From an uncultured Ruminococcus sp. (GTDB lineage: Bacteria; Bacillota; Clostridia; Oscillospirales; Ruminococcaceae): a DNA stretch of 64,000 nucleotides. The notes beneath the pieces were generated by a model. The model had not been told where the DNA came from. It did no database searches and saw only the letters and a list, made by a program, of their open reading frames with translations. Positions 46,074 through 56,142 of this stretch are shown piece after piece (positions within the stretch are counted from its first letter, which is position 1; the number at the start of each line of letters is the position of its first letter). A program made the translations under genes and the position numbers. The stretch lies in the NCBI GenBank assembly GCA_947176345.1, contig CAMWQI010000001.1, positions 1,900 through 65,899 on the forward strand. Reading direction: 5' to 3'.

Positions 46074-47234
46074 TCAGATAATTTCAATAGTTTTTTTGGA
46101 TTTTTCTGAAACTCTTACATTTTTGACAAATTCAGCCAGTTTAACAGCATCATTTTCACGACTGAATACCGATGGTGCAAATCTTATTGTTCCGTTTTCT
46201 GTGCCTAACTGTGTGTGAGCAAGTGCTGAACAGTGATAGCCAGCACGGAGACAATAGCCCTGTTTTGCCAGAATATCAGCGACTTTTTCCGGCATTACAC
46301 CTTTTAAATTGAACGATACTATAGGAACGTATGATGATTCCGGATTACGATAAATTATTATATTTTTATCTTTCCGCAAAGAATTTATAAAAATTCTGCA
46401 TATTCTGTCTTCATGTGCAAAAATTTTTTCAATTCCGGTTTTCTGAATAAATTCTATACCGGCTTTTATGGTCATAACACCCGTGACATTAAGTGTACCG
46501 CTTTCAAGACCGTCCGGCAGAAAGTCCGGCTGATACAAACTTGATGACGTACTTCCTGTACCACCCTGAATAATCGGTTTTATTTTATATTTTCCGTCAG
46601 TGACAAGGAGACCAGTTCCGGTTATGCCGTAAAGTCCTTTATGACCAGCCGTACAGAGAATATTTATTCCGTCGCTTAGCTTTATATCAAGCATTCCGCA
46701 AGCCTGCGCACCATCAGCAATAAAGCAGATATTTCTTTCACTGCATAATTTTGCTATTTCACGATAAGGCAAAATCTGTCCTGTCACATTGCTTGCAATT
46801 GTACAGACTATAGCTTTTGTATCTTTGTGGATAAGTGACCGGAAACTTTCAACAGTCCGGCGGTCGTCGGGATATACTTGTGCTATTGAAAGAGTTATTT
46901 TTTTATTACGGGCAAGTTCGGCAGCCGGACGTGCTGAGGAATTGTGTTCCATTCCACTTATAATCATATGCCCACCGTCAGTCATGATGCCCTGTATAGC
47001 CATATTGAGAGACTGAGTGCAGTTCATTGTAAAGATGACGTTTTCAGGCTCTGCACCGAAAAACTTCGCCACAGTTTCACGGGCTGAAAAAACCGCTTCA
47101 GAAGTCCTCATAGCAAGGGCGTGACCGCCACGTCCAGCATTTCCGCCGAAATTTTCTATAGCATTCAGGGCAGCTTTTCTTACACTGTCGGGTTTCGGGA
47201 AAGTCGTGGCGGCGTTGTCAAAATTTATAATCAT
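46074..47234 (-). CDS. Class V aminotransferase-fold cysteine desulfurase family protein
   Basis: 386 aa. NFDNAATTFP N-terminus, TAGHKGLYG (PLP-Lys region), and a C-terminal RAGYHCSALAH containing the catalytic-type Cys. Confidence 0.85.
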   Translation of the reverse strand: MIINFDNAATTFPKPDSVRKAALNAIENFGGNAGRGGHALAMRTSEAVFSARETVAKFFGAEPENVIFTMNCTQSLNMAIQGIMTDGGHMIISGMEHNSSARPAAELARNKKITLSIAQVYPDDRRTVESFRSLIHKDTKAIVCTIASNVTGQILPYREIAKLCSERNICFIADGAQACGMLDIKLSDGINILCTAGHKGLYGITGTGLLVTDGKYKIKPIIQGGTGSTSSSLYQPDFLPDGLESGTLNVTGVMTIKAGIEFIQKTGIEKIFAHEDRICRIFINSLRKDKNIIIYRNPESSYVPIVSFNLKGVMPEKVADILAKQGYCLRAGYHCSALAHTQLGTENGTIRFAPSVFSRENDAVKLAEFVKNVRVSEKSKKTIEII

Positions 47235-47455
47235 TATACACCTCCGTATTCTTTCACAGTATACGGAATTGAATATCTGTTCAGTATTTCAGTAGCTTTC
47301 CGGCATTCGCTGAAAATATACAGTGAGTAGCCACAGCCGTCTTTTGATGTGACTTCATTTCTTCTGATTTCGCATGGATACCCTCTTGATTTCAGGAGCT
47401 TCTCACCTTTAATAACATAGGTGTAAGAGGGCATTGCCACAATACAATTTTTCAA
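47234..47455 (-). CDS. DUF3343-like small protein (putative S/Se carrier-like)
   Basis: 73 aa. TTG start after a GGGGGGAA RBS. TAATG overlap with the desulfurase start. This pairing with desulfurases is typical of DUF3343 as I recall. Confidence 0.65.
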   Translation of the reverse strand: MKNCIVAMPSYTYVIKGEKLLKSRGYPCEIRRNEVTSKDGCGYSLYIFSECRKATEILNRYSIPYTVKEYGGV

Positions 47456-47570
47456 AAAGTATTCCCCCCCTGAATAGTCTGCACTTACAGAGGAATTTGT
47501 GATACACTTTATTATATGATATTTTTGGTCATTATGTGAGACACACTTTTATGATTTCTGAATAAATATA

Positions 47571-47606
47571 AAAAAAGGGGCAGACCTTTTTTCAAGTCCG
47601 CCCTGA
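47571..47606 (-). terminator. Intrinsic terminator after the dockerin protein gene
   Basis: Stem GGGCGGAC/GTCTGCCC on the minus-strand RNA (one G-U pair), followed by CTTTTTTT. Confidence 0.55.
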
Positions 47607-47617
47607 ATGGTTATGAA

Positions 47618-49765
47618 TTATACAAATTTTTCATTTAACTGTTCAGTTGTAACAGGGAAATCAGTCTGTTTAATAAGGTTGATGCCTATAACCTGAATAG
47701 CGAGTGCATCCGTAGCGGTTACACCGTCGCCGTTATCAACAACATCGGCATTCAGCTTGCCCTGTTCAGACAATTTATAATCGTTCGGATTTGACAATGT
47801 CTGCATGATAAATACAGCATCGGAAACATTTACCTGATTATCTACATTTGCATCGCCCCACATTGTAACGCTAAGTGTGGTAGGTTCAATAGTAGTAGTT
47901 GTTGTTGTTGTGGGTTCAGTTGTTGTTGTCGTTGTGGTAGTAGTCGTTGATGTAGTTGTGGTTGTTGATGATGTAGTTCTGGTAGTAGTAGTTGAAGTGG
48001 TAGTTGTTGTTTGAACATCATAATAAACTTCAACATTATCAATGGAGATAGCATCAGCCTCACCATAGTAGTAGCCGAAGTAAACTTCACCTGTCGGGTC
48101 AACAAAGTTAGTCTTGCTGTCAACTCCGGCGGCTGCTGTCGGGATTATCCACATAATTTCAGCCTTGTCACCGGCTTCAAGAACACAGTAGTCACCGTTT
48201 TCCTGATACCAGTATTCCTGTTCTGTATTGGCATCAGCAGTAACACTTGTTCCAGTATTGTAAACGAGCTTATCAACGTCGGATTTTGCAGAAATGTCAA
48301 AGCGGATTGCATAAACGTCCATAGTTTCGTCAATGCCTAAATCTTCATATGACATATGGAGTGCGTTTTTATCTTTGTTGGCGTGTTCAAGCATTTCGCC
48401 TACTTTTTTGCTGATTGATGCAGTATAAGGTACAGTAACTTCCTTTGTATATGTGAGAACAGCACCAGTAAGATTTACAGTTTCAGCGATTTCAGGTTCT
48501 GTAGTATCTTCAGATTGTTCAGCCTTAGTGCCATACCAGTACTGGAATGAAATTTCATCCTCAACTTTAGTATTGGTGTATGGCTGTACTTCAGCCGGAA
48601 CTTCCCAGTAAGCCTTGATATAAGTTCCTGCACCGGTCATTGTTGCGCCACCAGATGGGGTTATTTCAAACTTTACTCCAGCGTCTATAAATTCTTTTAC
48701 CTGGTCTTCGCCACAGTCATTGTACCAGTAACCAGCAGTTTCCTTGCCCTCTATTCCTGCCAATTTCTTAGCATATTCTGTATCAGCCGGAGAACCCTGT
48801 TTAACGTTCAGACCGCCACCATACATGAATGTATCAACAGCCTCATCAGTTTCAATAATAGCTGTAAGAGACTCAATAGTAACGCCGTCCATATCGGTTA
48901 TGCCGAAATCAGAATATTTGAATTTATGGCTGTTAATCGGGTCGCCCTCTTCGGGTGTTTTTCCCTGTGATGCATAAGTATCTTCATCAAAGCCCTGTGT
49001 AAGAACAATCGGCTCTTCAAATGAAACCTGTCTTGCAACAGTTGAACGGATAGTAGCAGTGCCGTCGCCGTTATCCTTGAAAGACCAGTTATCACCATTA
49101 GTGGTCTTGTTGTTATGCGGAACATTTTCAACAGGTTTATCAGGATTATCGGGCTTATCCGGATTATCCGGCTTATCGGGCTTTTCCGGTACAACGACAG
49201 TTCCGTTAGCCTCAACTTTATCTACAGTGATTGAACCTTTTGTCTCACCTGCGTAGTAGTTTCTAAATTCAAATTTTCCGGGGTATTCGCTGGTTTTAGC
49301 GTCATACTTGAGGTCGAGTTTTGAAAGGTCAAAACCTATTGTGACAGGTTCACCGGCTGTACAAGCTATTTCAGTAGCATTAACATCAATTTTACCGCCC
49401 TTTGAGTCAATAAAGCCTTTTACAGAGTCATATTCAAGCCAGTATGGGTCTTTGGTAATGCCAATACCGAAACCGCATGAAAAATTACCAGTGAAATCAG
49501 GAGTGAAAGTTATATTTACAGTTTTAAGACCGCTTTTAGCCAAATCAGCAGTGTAGCCGACATACTTATCGCCCACGCCTATGCCTTTGCCGAGTTCTTC
49601 AATTTCAGCTTCTGCTTTTTTATTGGCAGTTATACTGATAACAGGTGATGCCACATTTACAGCTCCGGCAGAAATTGACACCATAGCAGCCGGCACACAT
49701 GATGCAGTCATAACAAAACTCATCATAGATGCCTTTAAACGTCTGGAAAAGTTTCTTTTCTTCAT
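47618..49765 (-). CDS. Secreted dockerin-containing protein of unknown function with three copies of an uncharacterised module
   Basis: Signal peptide. (PDK/PDN)n and poly-Thr linkers. C-terminal dockerin (GDANVDNQVNVSDA... and DVVDNGDGVTATDA...). The modules end in a GE[IV]xFGY[WY][WY]-type motif shared with the GH5 protein. Confidence 0.85.
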   Translation of the reverse strand: MKKRNFSRRLKASMMSFVMTASCVPAAMVSISAGAVNVASPVISITANKKAEAEIEELGKGIGVGDKYVGYTADLAKSGLKTVNITFTPDFTGNFSCGFGIGITKDPYWLEYDSVKGFIDSKGGKIDVNATEIACTAGEPVTIGFDLSKLDLKYDAKTSEYPGKFEFRNYYAGETKGSITVDKVEANGTVVVPEKPDKPDNPDKPDNPDKPVENVPHNNKTTNGDNWSFKDNGDGTATIRSTVARQVSFEEPIVLTQGFDEDTYASQGKTPEEGDPINSHKFKYSDFGITDMDGVTIESLTAIIETDEAVDTFMYGGGLNVKQGSPADTEYAKKLAGIEGKETAGYWYNDCGEDQVKEFIDAGVKFEITPSGGATMTGAGTYIKAYWEVPAEVQPYTNTKVEDEISFQYWYGTKAEQSEDTTEPEIAETVNLTGAVLTYTKEVTVPYTASISKKVGEMLEHANKDKNALHMSYEDLGIDETMDVYAIRFDISAKSDVDKLVYNTGTSVTADANTEQEYWYQENGDYCVLEAGDKAEIMWIIPTAAAGVDSKTNFVDPTGEVYFGYYYGEADAISIDNVEVYYDVQTTTTTSTTTTRTTSSTTTTTSTTTTTTTTTTEPTTTTTTTIEPTTLSVTMWGDANVDNQVNVSDAVFIMQTLSNPNDYKLSEQGKLNADVVDNGDGVTATDALAIQVIGINLIKQTDFPVTTEQLNEKFV

Positions 49766-49987
49766 TACAAATCAATCCTCTCTCAAAAATATTCAATATC
49801 AGTTAACAACTCTTGTCTAACTTCATTATAGCACAGTTTTTAACCAAAATTGTTACTAAACTATTAACATTAAGTGATTGTTCAATGAAAATTCATAATT
49901 TGTACAAAGCTTATGTATACTATATATTTATAATTACTCAAAGTATACGAAAAATCAACACATTGGAAAATTTTGTTCCTGCCTGTA

Positions 49988-50016
49988 TTGACTTTACAGG
50001 CGAAATAATATATAAT
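49988..50016 (+). promoter_or_regulatory. Sigma-A promoter of the tepA-like gene
   Basis: TTGACT 49988-49993, 17 nt, TATAAT 50011-50016. Confidence 0.65.
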
Positions 50017-50084
50017 TATAATGTATATCCTCTGAAAAAATCCCTATAATAAAACGTGAGTATTTTTACACGGAGGATATACTT

Positions 50085-50786
50085 ATGGAAAATGATAATA
50101 AAAAGACTATTGTTGAAGAAAAAATCGATGAGGCAAAACTTGCCTCTGAAAACGGTCAGAGTATTTCACAGAATGCAAAACATCTTATTCATTGCCTTAC
50201 TGTAATAGGACAGATTGAGGGACATTATGTCCTTGCGGAGCAGAACAAAACGACAAAATATGAGCATATAATACCGGCACTTGTGGCAATTGAACAGGAC
50301 AGGAGCGTTGAAGGTCTGCTTATAATATTGAATACCGTCGGCGGAGATGTTGAAGCCGGTCTTGCTATAGCTGAACTTATTGCCGGCATGAAAACCCCTA
50401 CAGTTTCGCTTGTGGTAGGTGGTGGACATTCAATAGGTGTACCGCTTGCAGTCAGTGCAAAACATTCATTTATAGTGCCATCAGCTTCAATGACAATTCA
50501 CCCTGTCCGCATGAATGGCACAGTATTAGGCGTACCGCAGACATTATCGTATTTTGACAAGATGCAGGACAGAATTATTAATTTCGTTACTGGAAACAGC
50601 CGTATCAGTGAGGAAGATTTCCGCCGTCTCATGATGAATACACAGGAACTTGTTCTTGATGTAGGGAGCGTACTGGAGGGCGGAAAAGCTGTTGAAATCG
50701 GTCTTATTGACGAACTGGGCGGTTTAAGTGATGCTATGGAATGTTTGTATGATTTGATTGAAAAATCAGAAAAAAGATATATGTAA
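50085..50786 (+). CDS. ClpP-fold serine protease family protein (TepA-like)
   Basis: 233 aa. [10 protein letters not shown]...[19 protein letters not shown]...GGGHSIG...MTIHPVR resembles TepA/SDH-type Clp-fold proteins. Confidence 0.8.
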   Translation: MENDNKKTIVEEKIDEAKLASENGQSISQNAKHLIHCLTVIGQIEGHYVLAEQNKTTKYEHIIPALVAIEQDRSVEGLLIILNTVGGDVEAGLAIAELIAGMKTPTVSLVVGGGHSIGVPLAVSAKHSFIVPSASMTIHPVRMNGTVLGVPQTLSYFDKMQDRIINFVTGNSRISEEDFRRLMMNTQELVLDVGSVLEGGKAVEIGLIDELGGLSDAMECLYDLIEKSEKRYM

Positions 50787-50841
50787 AAATTTAAGGGCGG
50801 ACGGTGTTCGCCCATAAAATTCCCTGTCAGGAGGATTTAAA

Positions 50842-53340
50842 ATGGCAGATGCAAAAAAAAACAAGAAAAAAAATCAGCCTGAAAACCCGTTACTGAAATT
50901 TCTGCCACCTATAAATGACAAGAATTATTTCTGGTCTGTTGTGCTTTTTGCATTAGGTGTGCTATCATTTTTTATGACATTCGTAAAGGGAAGTGAGGGC
51001 TGGCTGAAAGTACATAATTTTTTATTAGGAGTATTCGGTTTTGCAGTTATATTCGTGCCGGTTATACTGATATATGTATCAGTACAGATGGGCATGAAAA
51101 CAAATCACAAAGATATTTTTGATAAAACAATGTGGGGTGTACTGCTGACGTTTCTTGTGAGTGGTACTGTACAGATTTTTGTTGCCGGTTCGCTTATCGG
51201 TGATGGATTTGAAGAACATATAAAAAATCTTTACAAGGACGGTGTGGAACTTACCGGCGGAGGTGTGGCAAGTTATCTTGTTGCAGGACCATTGTTGAGT
51301 TTTTTCGGCGGTACTGGTGCAAAGATAATTATAATAATGCTTTTTTTCGTGGCAGGAATGTTTTTCACGCATAAAAGCCTTATTGATTTTCTTGACCTGA
51401 TAACAAAGCCGTTCCGGAATATAGGAAAAATTTGCTACACTATGCTTATGGGTGGAGGTTTAAGTGATATATTTGATGAAGATGACATCAACGACGATAT
51501 AGAAAGAGAGTCTTTTAATGCTGATTTGGAGGCAATAAATATAGTAAATAACCGCCCTGAAGTACCACCTAAACGGGATTTCGTGGAGATTTCAGTTCCG
51601 GTTAAAAATAATCCCGAACCGGAAGAGGAATTTTGGTTTGATGTTCCGCTTGAATCAGATAATATTACTGAACAGAATGAATCAGTTAACACATCTGAAC
51701 CGGAAACTCCGGAGAATACCATAACAGAAACTTCCGAAACTGAAAAAAATGATACAAACATTGAAATAATTGAAAATAACATAAAACGTGCAACTGAAAA
51801 TAAGCGTAAAAAGAAAGTCGCACATAAAGAAAATGAACCGGAGCAGGAAATTATAAATACTTATAAATTGCCCTCACTTGAATTGCTAGAACTTCCGAAT
51901 AATAAATCAGACATTAAAAAAGAAAAAGCTGAAATAGAAGCCAAAGCTCAGAAAATAGTCGATACACTGAAAAGCTTTAAAGTGGAAGTTACAATAAAAG
52001 ATAAGTTAAGAGGACCTTCTATAACACGTTATGAAGTACAGCCAGGTGTGGGAGTTCAGGTAAAAAAAATAAAGAACCTTGAAGACGATATAGCCCTTAA
52101 TCTTGCGGCACAGGGTGTAAGAATTGAAGCCCCCGTGCCGGGAAAATCAGTTGTGGGAATAGAAGTCCCTAACGAAAACAAGGATACTGTAACTATCCGT
52201 GAAATATTTTCAACATCGGCTTTCAGAAATTCTGAAAGTAAACTTACTTTTGCAGTAGGAAAGGATATAGCCGGAAATATAATTTTAGGTGATATTGCTA
52301 AAATGCCACACGTAATTATAGCCGGCACTACCGGTTCGGGTAAGTCCGTGTGTACGCGTTCCATAATAATGAGTATTTTATATAATGCCACACCGGAAGA
52401 AGTGAGGGTTATTCTAATTGACCCGAAAATAGTTGAATTTAAAGTCTTTGAGGGCATACCTCATCTGCTTATACCGATAGTTACAGAATGCAAAAAAGCC
52501 GCCGGTGCTTTGAATTGGGCAGTAAATGAAATGATGAGACGTTATCAGATTTTCGCTGATGCCGGTGCAAATGACCTTAAATCATATAATTCATATGCTA
52601 AACAGAATAAAGATATTAAAAAAATGCCACAGATTGTTGTATTTATTGATGAGTTAGCGGATATGATGCTTGTTGCCGGAAAAGAAGTTGAGGATTATAT
52701 ATGCCGTCTTGCACAGATGGGACGTGCTGCCGGAATGCATCTTGTTATAGCCACACAAAGACCTACAACAGATGTCATAACCGGTCTTATCAAGGCAAAT
52801 ATTCCAAGCCGTATAGCACTTTCTGTAATGTCACAGGTTGACTCACGGACTATTATAGATATGGCTGGTGCGGACAAACTTCTTGGCAACGGCGATATGC
52901 TTTATATGCCTATAGGAACAAACAAACCCGTGCGTGTTCAGGGGTGTTTTGCCTCACAGACGGATATAGATGCCACTATTGATTTTATCAAGTCACAGGT
53001 TCAGGGTGAATACGATGACAATATTATTCAGGCTGTAGAAAACTTTGTGCCACAGACTAAAGGTTCATCTAATTCAAATGACGATTACAGCAGTGGTTCG
53101 TTGCTTACAGATGAGGATTTCATAGAAAAGGCTATTGAACTTGCCGTAAATAACGGACAGATTTCTACATCTACAATTCAGAGGAAATTAAAATTAGGCT
53201 ATGCAAGAGCAGGTAGGATTATGGACGAACTTGAGGAAATGGGTATTGTCGGTGCAAAAGACGGTGCAAAACCCCGTAAAGTTCTTATGTCAAAAATGCA
53301 GTTTGACGAAAGAAAATTAAGACGACAGGAGGGAAATTAA
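50842..53340 (+). CDS. ftsK: DNA translocase FtsK/SpoIIIE
   Basis: 832 aa. N-terminal TM helices, acidic linker, Walker A GTTGSGKSV, IDELADMM, and a C-terminal winged-helix gamma domain (ISTSTIQRKLKLGYARAGRIMDELEEMGIV). Confidence 0.93.
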   Translation: MADAKKNKKKNQPENPLLKFLPPINDKNYFWSVVLFALGVLSFFMTFVKGSEGWLKVHNFLLGVFGFAVIFVPVILIYVSVQMGMKTNHKDIFDKTMWGVLLTFLVSGTVQIFVAGSLIGDGFEEHIKNLYKDGVELTGGGVASYLVAGPLLSFFGGTGAKIIIIMLFFVAGMFFTHKSLIDFLDLITKPFRNIGKICYTMLMGGGLSDIFDEDDINDDIERESFNADLEAINIVNNRPEVPPKRDFVEISVPVKNNPEPEEEFWFDVPLESDNITEQNESVNTSEPETPENTITETSETEKNDTNIEIIENNIKRATENKRKKKVAHKENEPEQEIINTYKLPSLELLELPNNKSDIKKEKAEIEAKAQKIVDTLKSFKVEVTIKDKLRGPSITRYEVQPGVGVQVKKIKNLEDDIALNLAAQGVRIEAPVPGKSVVGIEVPNENKDTVTIREIFSTSAFRNSESKLTFAVGKDIAGNIILGDIAKMPHVIIAGTTGSGKSVCTRSIIMSILYNATPEEVRVILIDPKIVEFKVFEGIPHLLIPIVTECKKAAGALNWAVNEMMRRYQIFADAGANDLKSYNSYAKQNKDIKKMPQIVVFIDELADMMLVAGKEVEDYICRLAQMGRAAGMHLVIATQRPTTDVITGLIKANIPSRIALSVMSQVDSRTIIDMAGADKLLGNGDMLYMPIGTNKPVRVQGCFASQTDIDATIDFIKSQVQGEYDDNIIQAVENFVPQTKGSSNSNDDYSSGSLLTDEDFIEKAIELAVNNGQISTSTIQRKLKLGYARAGRIMDELEEMGIVGAKDGAKPRKVLMSKMQFDERKLRRQEGN

Positions 53341-55283
53341 TGGAATATGATAAATTTCTGCCGATAACTAAAAAAGAAATGGACGAAATCGGCATAGAAC
53401 AGTTTGACTTCATATACGTGACTGGCGACGCTTATGTTGACCACCCCAGTTTTGGCGTGGCTATAATAACAAGGCTTATTGAGGCTATGGGCCTTACTGT
53501 CGGGATTATCTCACAGCCTGACTGGCATACAGACAGGGATTTTAAAAAATTCGGCAGTCCGAAATATGCTTTTCTTGTTACGTCCGGTAATATAGACTCA
53601 ATGGTGGCACATTATACATCCGCCAAAAGAAAACGTTCCGACGATGCGTACACAGCCGGAGGTGTTGCCGGAAAACGTCCTGACCGTGCAGTGATAGTAT
53701 ACTGCCAGAAAATACGGGAGTATTTCGGAGATATTCCAATAGCAATAGGCGGACTGGAAGCATCATTGAGACGTTTTGCACATTATGACTACTGGGACGA
53801 TGCTGTACGTCCGTCAATACTTGTTGACAGCGGTGCGGATTTACTCATGTATGGCATGGGCGAACATCAGATACAGGAACTTTGCACATGTCTTTCCGCC
53901 GGTGAGGATATAAAAAATATACATGATATCCGTGGCACTTGCTATCTTACAGAACCCGTAAATACGCCGATAGGTTCGGCACAGTGTCCGTCGTTTGAAC
54001 AGGTAAGAGACAATAAAAAAGAATACGCAAAGGCGACTAAAATTCAGTATGACTGGCAAGACGAAGTTTATGGCAAAACCGTAATTCAGCGACACGGAAA
54101 TGTTATGTTAGTACAAAATCCGCCGGCATATAGTCTCACGACAGAAGAACTTGACTATATTTACTCATTGCCATATACAAGGACTTATCACCCGTCATAT
54201 GAGGCGGTGGGCGGTGTTCCGGGAATTGAGGAAGTACGTTTTTCAATAACTCATAACCGCGGTTGTTTCGGATATTGTAATTTCTGTTCAATTGCATTGC
54301 ACCAGGGACGGCGTGTGACGTGCAGAAGTGAAAAATCAATACTTGAGGAAGCCGAAAAAATTACTCATATGCCGGATTTCAAGGGATATATACACGATGT
54401 CGGAGGACCTACTGCTAATTTCCGGAGTACTTCATGTGAAAAGCAACTTAGTAAAGGTCTTTGTATGGGTAAAAAATGCCTTGCTCCGAAACCTTGTCCG
54501 GCACTCAAAGTTGACCATACGGAATATATGGAAATTCTCCGCAAGATACGCAAAATCAAAGGCATAAAACGTGTTTTTATACGTTCCGGAATAAGATATG
54601 ATTATCTTATGGAAGACCAAAGCGGTGAATTTATGCGTGAACTGATAAAATATCACGTAAGCGGACAATTGAAAGTCGCTCCGGAACACTGTTCGGCGGT
54701 GGTACTTGACAAAATGGGCAAGCCTCATATAGAGGCATACAAGGCATTTCAAAAAAGATTTTATGAAATCACAAAGGGTATCGGAAAGGAACAGTATTTA
54801 GTGCCATATTTAATGTCGTCGCACCCCGGAAGTACACTGAATGAGGCTATAGAACTTGCTGTATTCCTGAAGGAAAATAAAATCCGTCCGGAGCAGGTAC
54901 AGGACTTTTATCCGACACCGGGGACTATTTCAACGTGTATGTTTTATACGGAGCTTGACCCCTACACTATGGAAAAAGTATACGTTCCGAAAACTCCGGA
55001 GGAAAAGGCACAGCAAAGGGCTTTGTTGCAGTATTTCCGCCCACAAAATAAGGAAATAGTTTTAAAGGCACTCAGAAAAGCTGGAAGATATGACCTTATA
55101 GGCAAATCACCAGAATGCCTTGTTGATGACAATCAAAATAATAGAAAGTCAGGTGAAAAAAATTGGCAGACAAAAAGAAATTCAGACTCTCAGACGAACA
55201 GAAAAAAAATCTCACAAGCTATGCCAAAAAAGCAAAAAAACAATATGACAGCCAGTCACCGAAACAGAAAAAGAAAACCTTGA
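53340..55283 (+). CDS. ygiQ: YgiQ-family radical SAM protein with Lys/Arg-rich C-terminal tail
   Basis: 647 aa. HNRGCFGYCNFCSI radical SAM cluster. N-terminal YVDHPSFG pattern typical of the family. TAATG overlap with ftsK. Confidence 0.9.
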   Translation: MEYDKFLPITKKEMDEIGIEQFDFIYVTGDAYVDHPSFGVAIITRLIEAMGLTVGIISQPDWHTDRDFKKFGSPKYAFLVTSGNIDSMVAHYTSAKRKRSDDAYTAGGVAGKRPDRAVIVYCQKIREYFGDIPIAIGGLEASLRRFAHYDYWDDAVRPSILVDSGADLLMYGMGEHQIQELCTCLSAGEDIKNIHDIRGTCYLTEPVNTPIGSAQCPSFEQVRDNKKEYAKATKIQYDWQDEVYGKTVIQRHGNVMLVQNPPAYSLTTEELDYIYSLPYTRTYHPSYEAVGGVPGIEEVRFSITHNRGCFGYCNFCSIALHQGRRVTCRSEKSILEEAEKITHMPDFKGYIHDVGGPTANFRSTSCEKQLSKGLCMGKKCLAPKPCPALKVDHTEYMEILRKIRKIKGIKRVFIRSGIRYDYLMEDQSGEFMRELIKYHVSGQLKVAPEHCSAVVLDKMGKPHIEAYKAFQKRFYEITKGIGKEQYLVPYLMSSHPGSTLNEAIELAVFLKENKIRPEQVQDFYPTPGTISTCMFYTELDPYTMEKVYVPKTPEEKAQQRALLQYFRPQNKEIVLKALRKAGRYDLIGKSPECLVDDNQNNRKSGEKNWQTKRNSDSQTNRKKISQAMPKKQKNNMTASHRNRKRKP

Positions 55284-56137
55284 AGACAGCTATTCCGGTT
55301 ATACTGCTTATGGTGGTAGGATTTCTTGTATGGAATATTTCAGGGTGTGAATTTCTGTCGGGTGACGTTGAGGAACTAACCGTACATTATATAGATGTCG
55401 GGCAAGGTGACAGCATTTACATAAAATCCGGTGATGAGGATATGCTTATTGACTGCGGAGAGTCAGGCGATTGTGAAAACGTTCTTTCATATCTTGACAG
55501 TATGGGAATTACTGATATTGATTATGTTGTGGGTACACATCCACATTCCGACCACATGGGTGGTATGAGTAAAATTGTTGAACATTTCAATATAGGTGAG
55601 ATGATTATTCCGCATATCGATGACAGTGACACTCCGACAACAAAGTACTTTGAAAAATTTCTTAATGCCTGCTCTGCAAAAAATCTCTCACTCACGGAGG
55701 CGGAATTAGGCAGAAAAATAACTATCGGTGATGCTGAACTTGAAATAATTGCTCCATGCAGTGAGGATTACAGCAATGTGAATAATTATTCAGTAACTTT
55801 CATAATGCATCATGGTGACAATAGTTTCATATTCAGTGGTGATGCTGAAAAACTTGCCGAAAATGAAATGATTGAAAGTGGAAAACTTGAGGATATAGAC
55901 GTTTACAAGGTAGGACATCACGGCAGTGATACATCATCTTCTGAAGATTTTCTTAATGTTATAAAGCCGGATTATGCGGTTATTTCGTGTGGTGAGGGAA
56001 ATTCCTACGGACACCCTTGTGATATAACAATTGAGAATTTAAGTAAATTTACAGATAAAATTTACCGCACAGACCTTGTCGGAACTGTAGTATTTACTTC
56101 CGACGGAAAAAATCTTGATGTCAGAACAGAAAGGTAA
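55163..56137 (+). CDS. ComEC/Rec2-related metallo-beta-lactamase-fold hydrolase, membrane anchored
   Basis: HYIDVGQGDS, GTHPHSDHMGG and KVGHHGS motifs. Start ambiguous: TTG 55163 (AGGTGA RBS, 121-nt overlap with ygiQ) or TTG 55280 (overlaps the ygiQ stop). Confidence 0.8.
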   Translation: MADKKKFRLSDEQKKNLTSYAKKAKKQYDSQSPKQKKKTLKTAIPVILLMVVGFLVWNISGCEFLSGDVEELTVHYIDVGQGDSIYIKSGDEDMLIDCGESGDCENVLSYLDSMGITDIDYVVGTHPHSDHMGGMSKIVEHFNIGEMIIPHIDDSDTPTTKYFEKFLNACSAKNLSLTEAELGRKITIGDAELEIIAPCSEDYSNVNNYSVTFIMHHGDNSFIFSGDAEKLAENEMIESGKLEDIDVYKVGHHGSDTSSSEDFLNVIKPDYAVISCGEGNSYGHPCDITIENLSKFTDKIYRTDLVGTVVFTSDGKNLDVRTER

Positions 56138-56142
56138 TAATT

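Noticed and set aside
47875-48015. Short-period DNA repeats (ACN)n here and at ~4371-4445, ~4729-4797 and ~40978-41130, plus a 9-bp repeat at ~49135-49190, considered as possible CRISPR or satellite arrays
   Set aside because: All lie in frame inside secreted-protein genes and encode poly-Thr or (PDK/PDN)n linkers. There is no repeat-spacer architecture and there are no cas genes.
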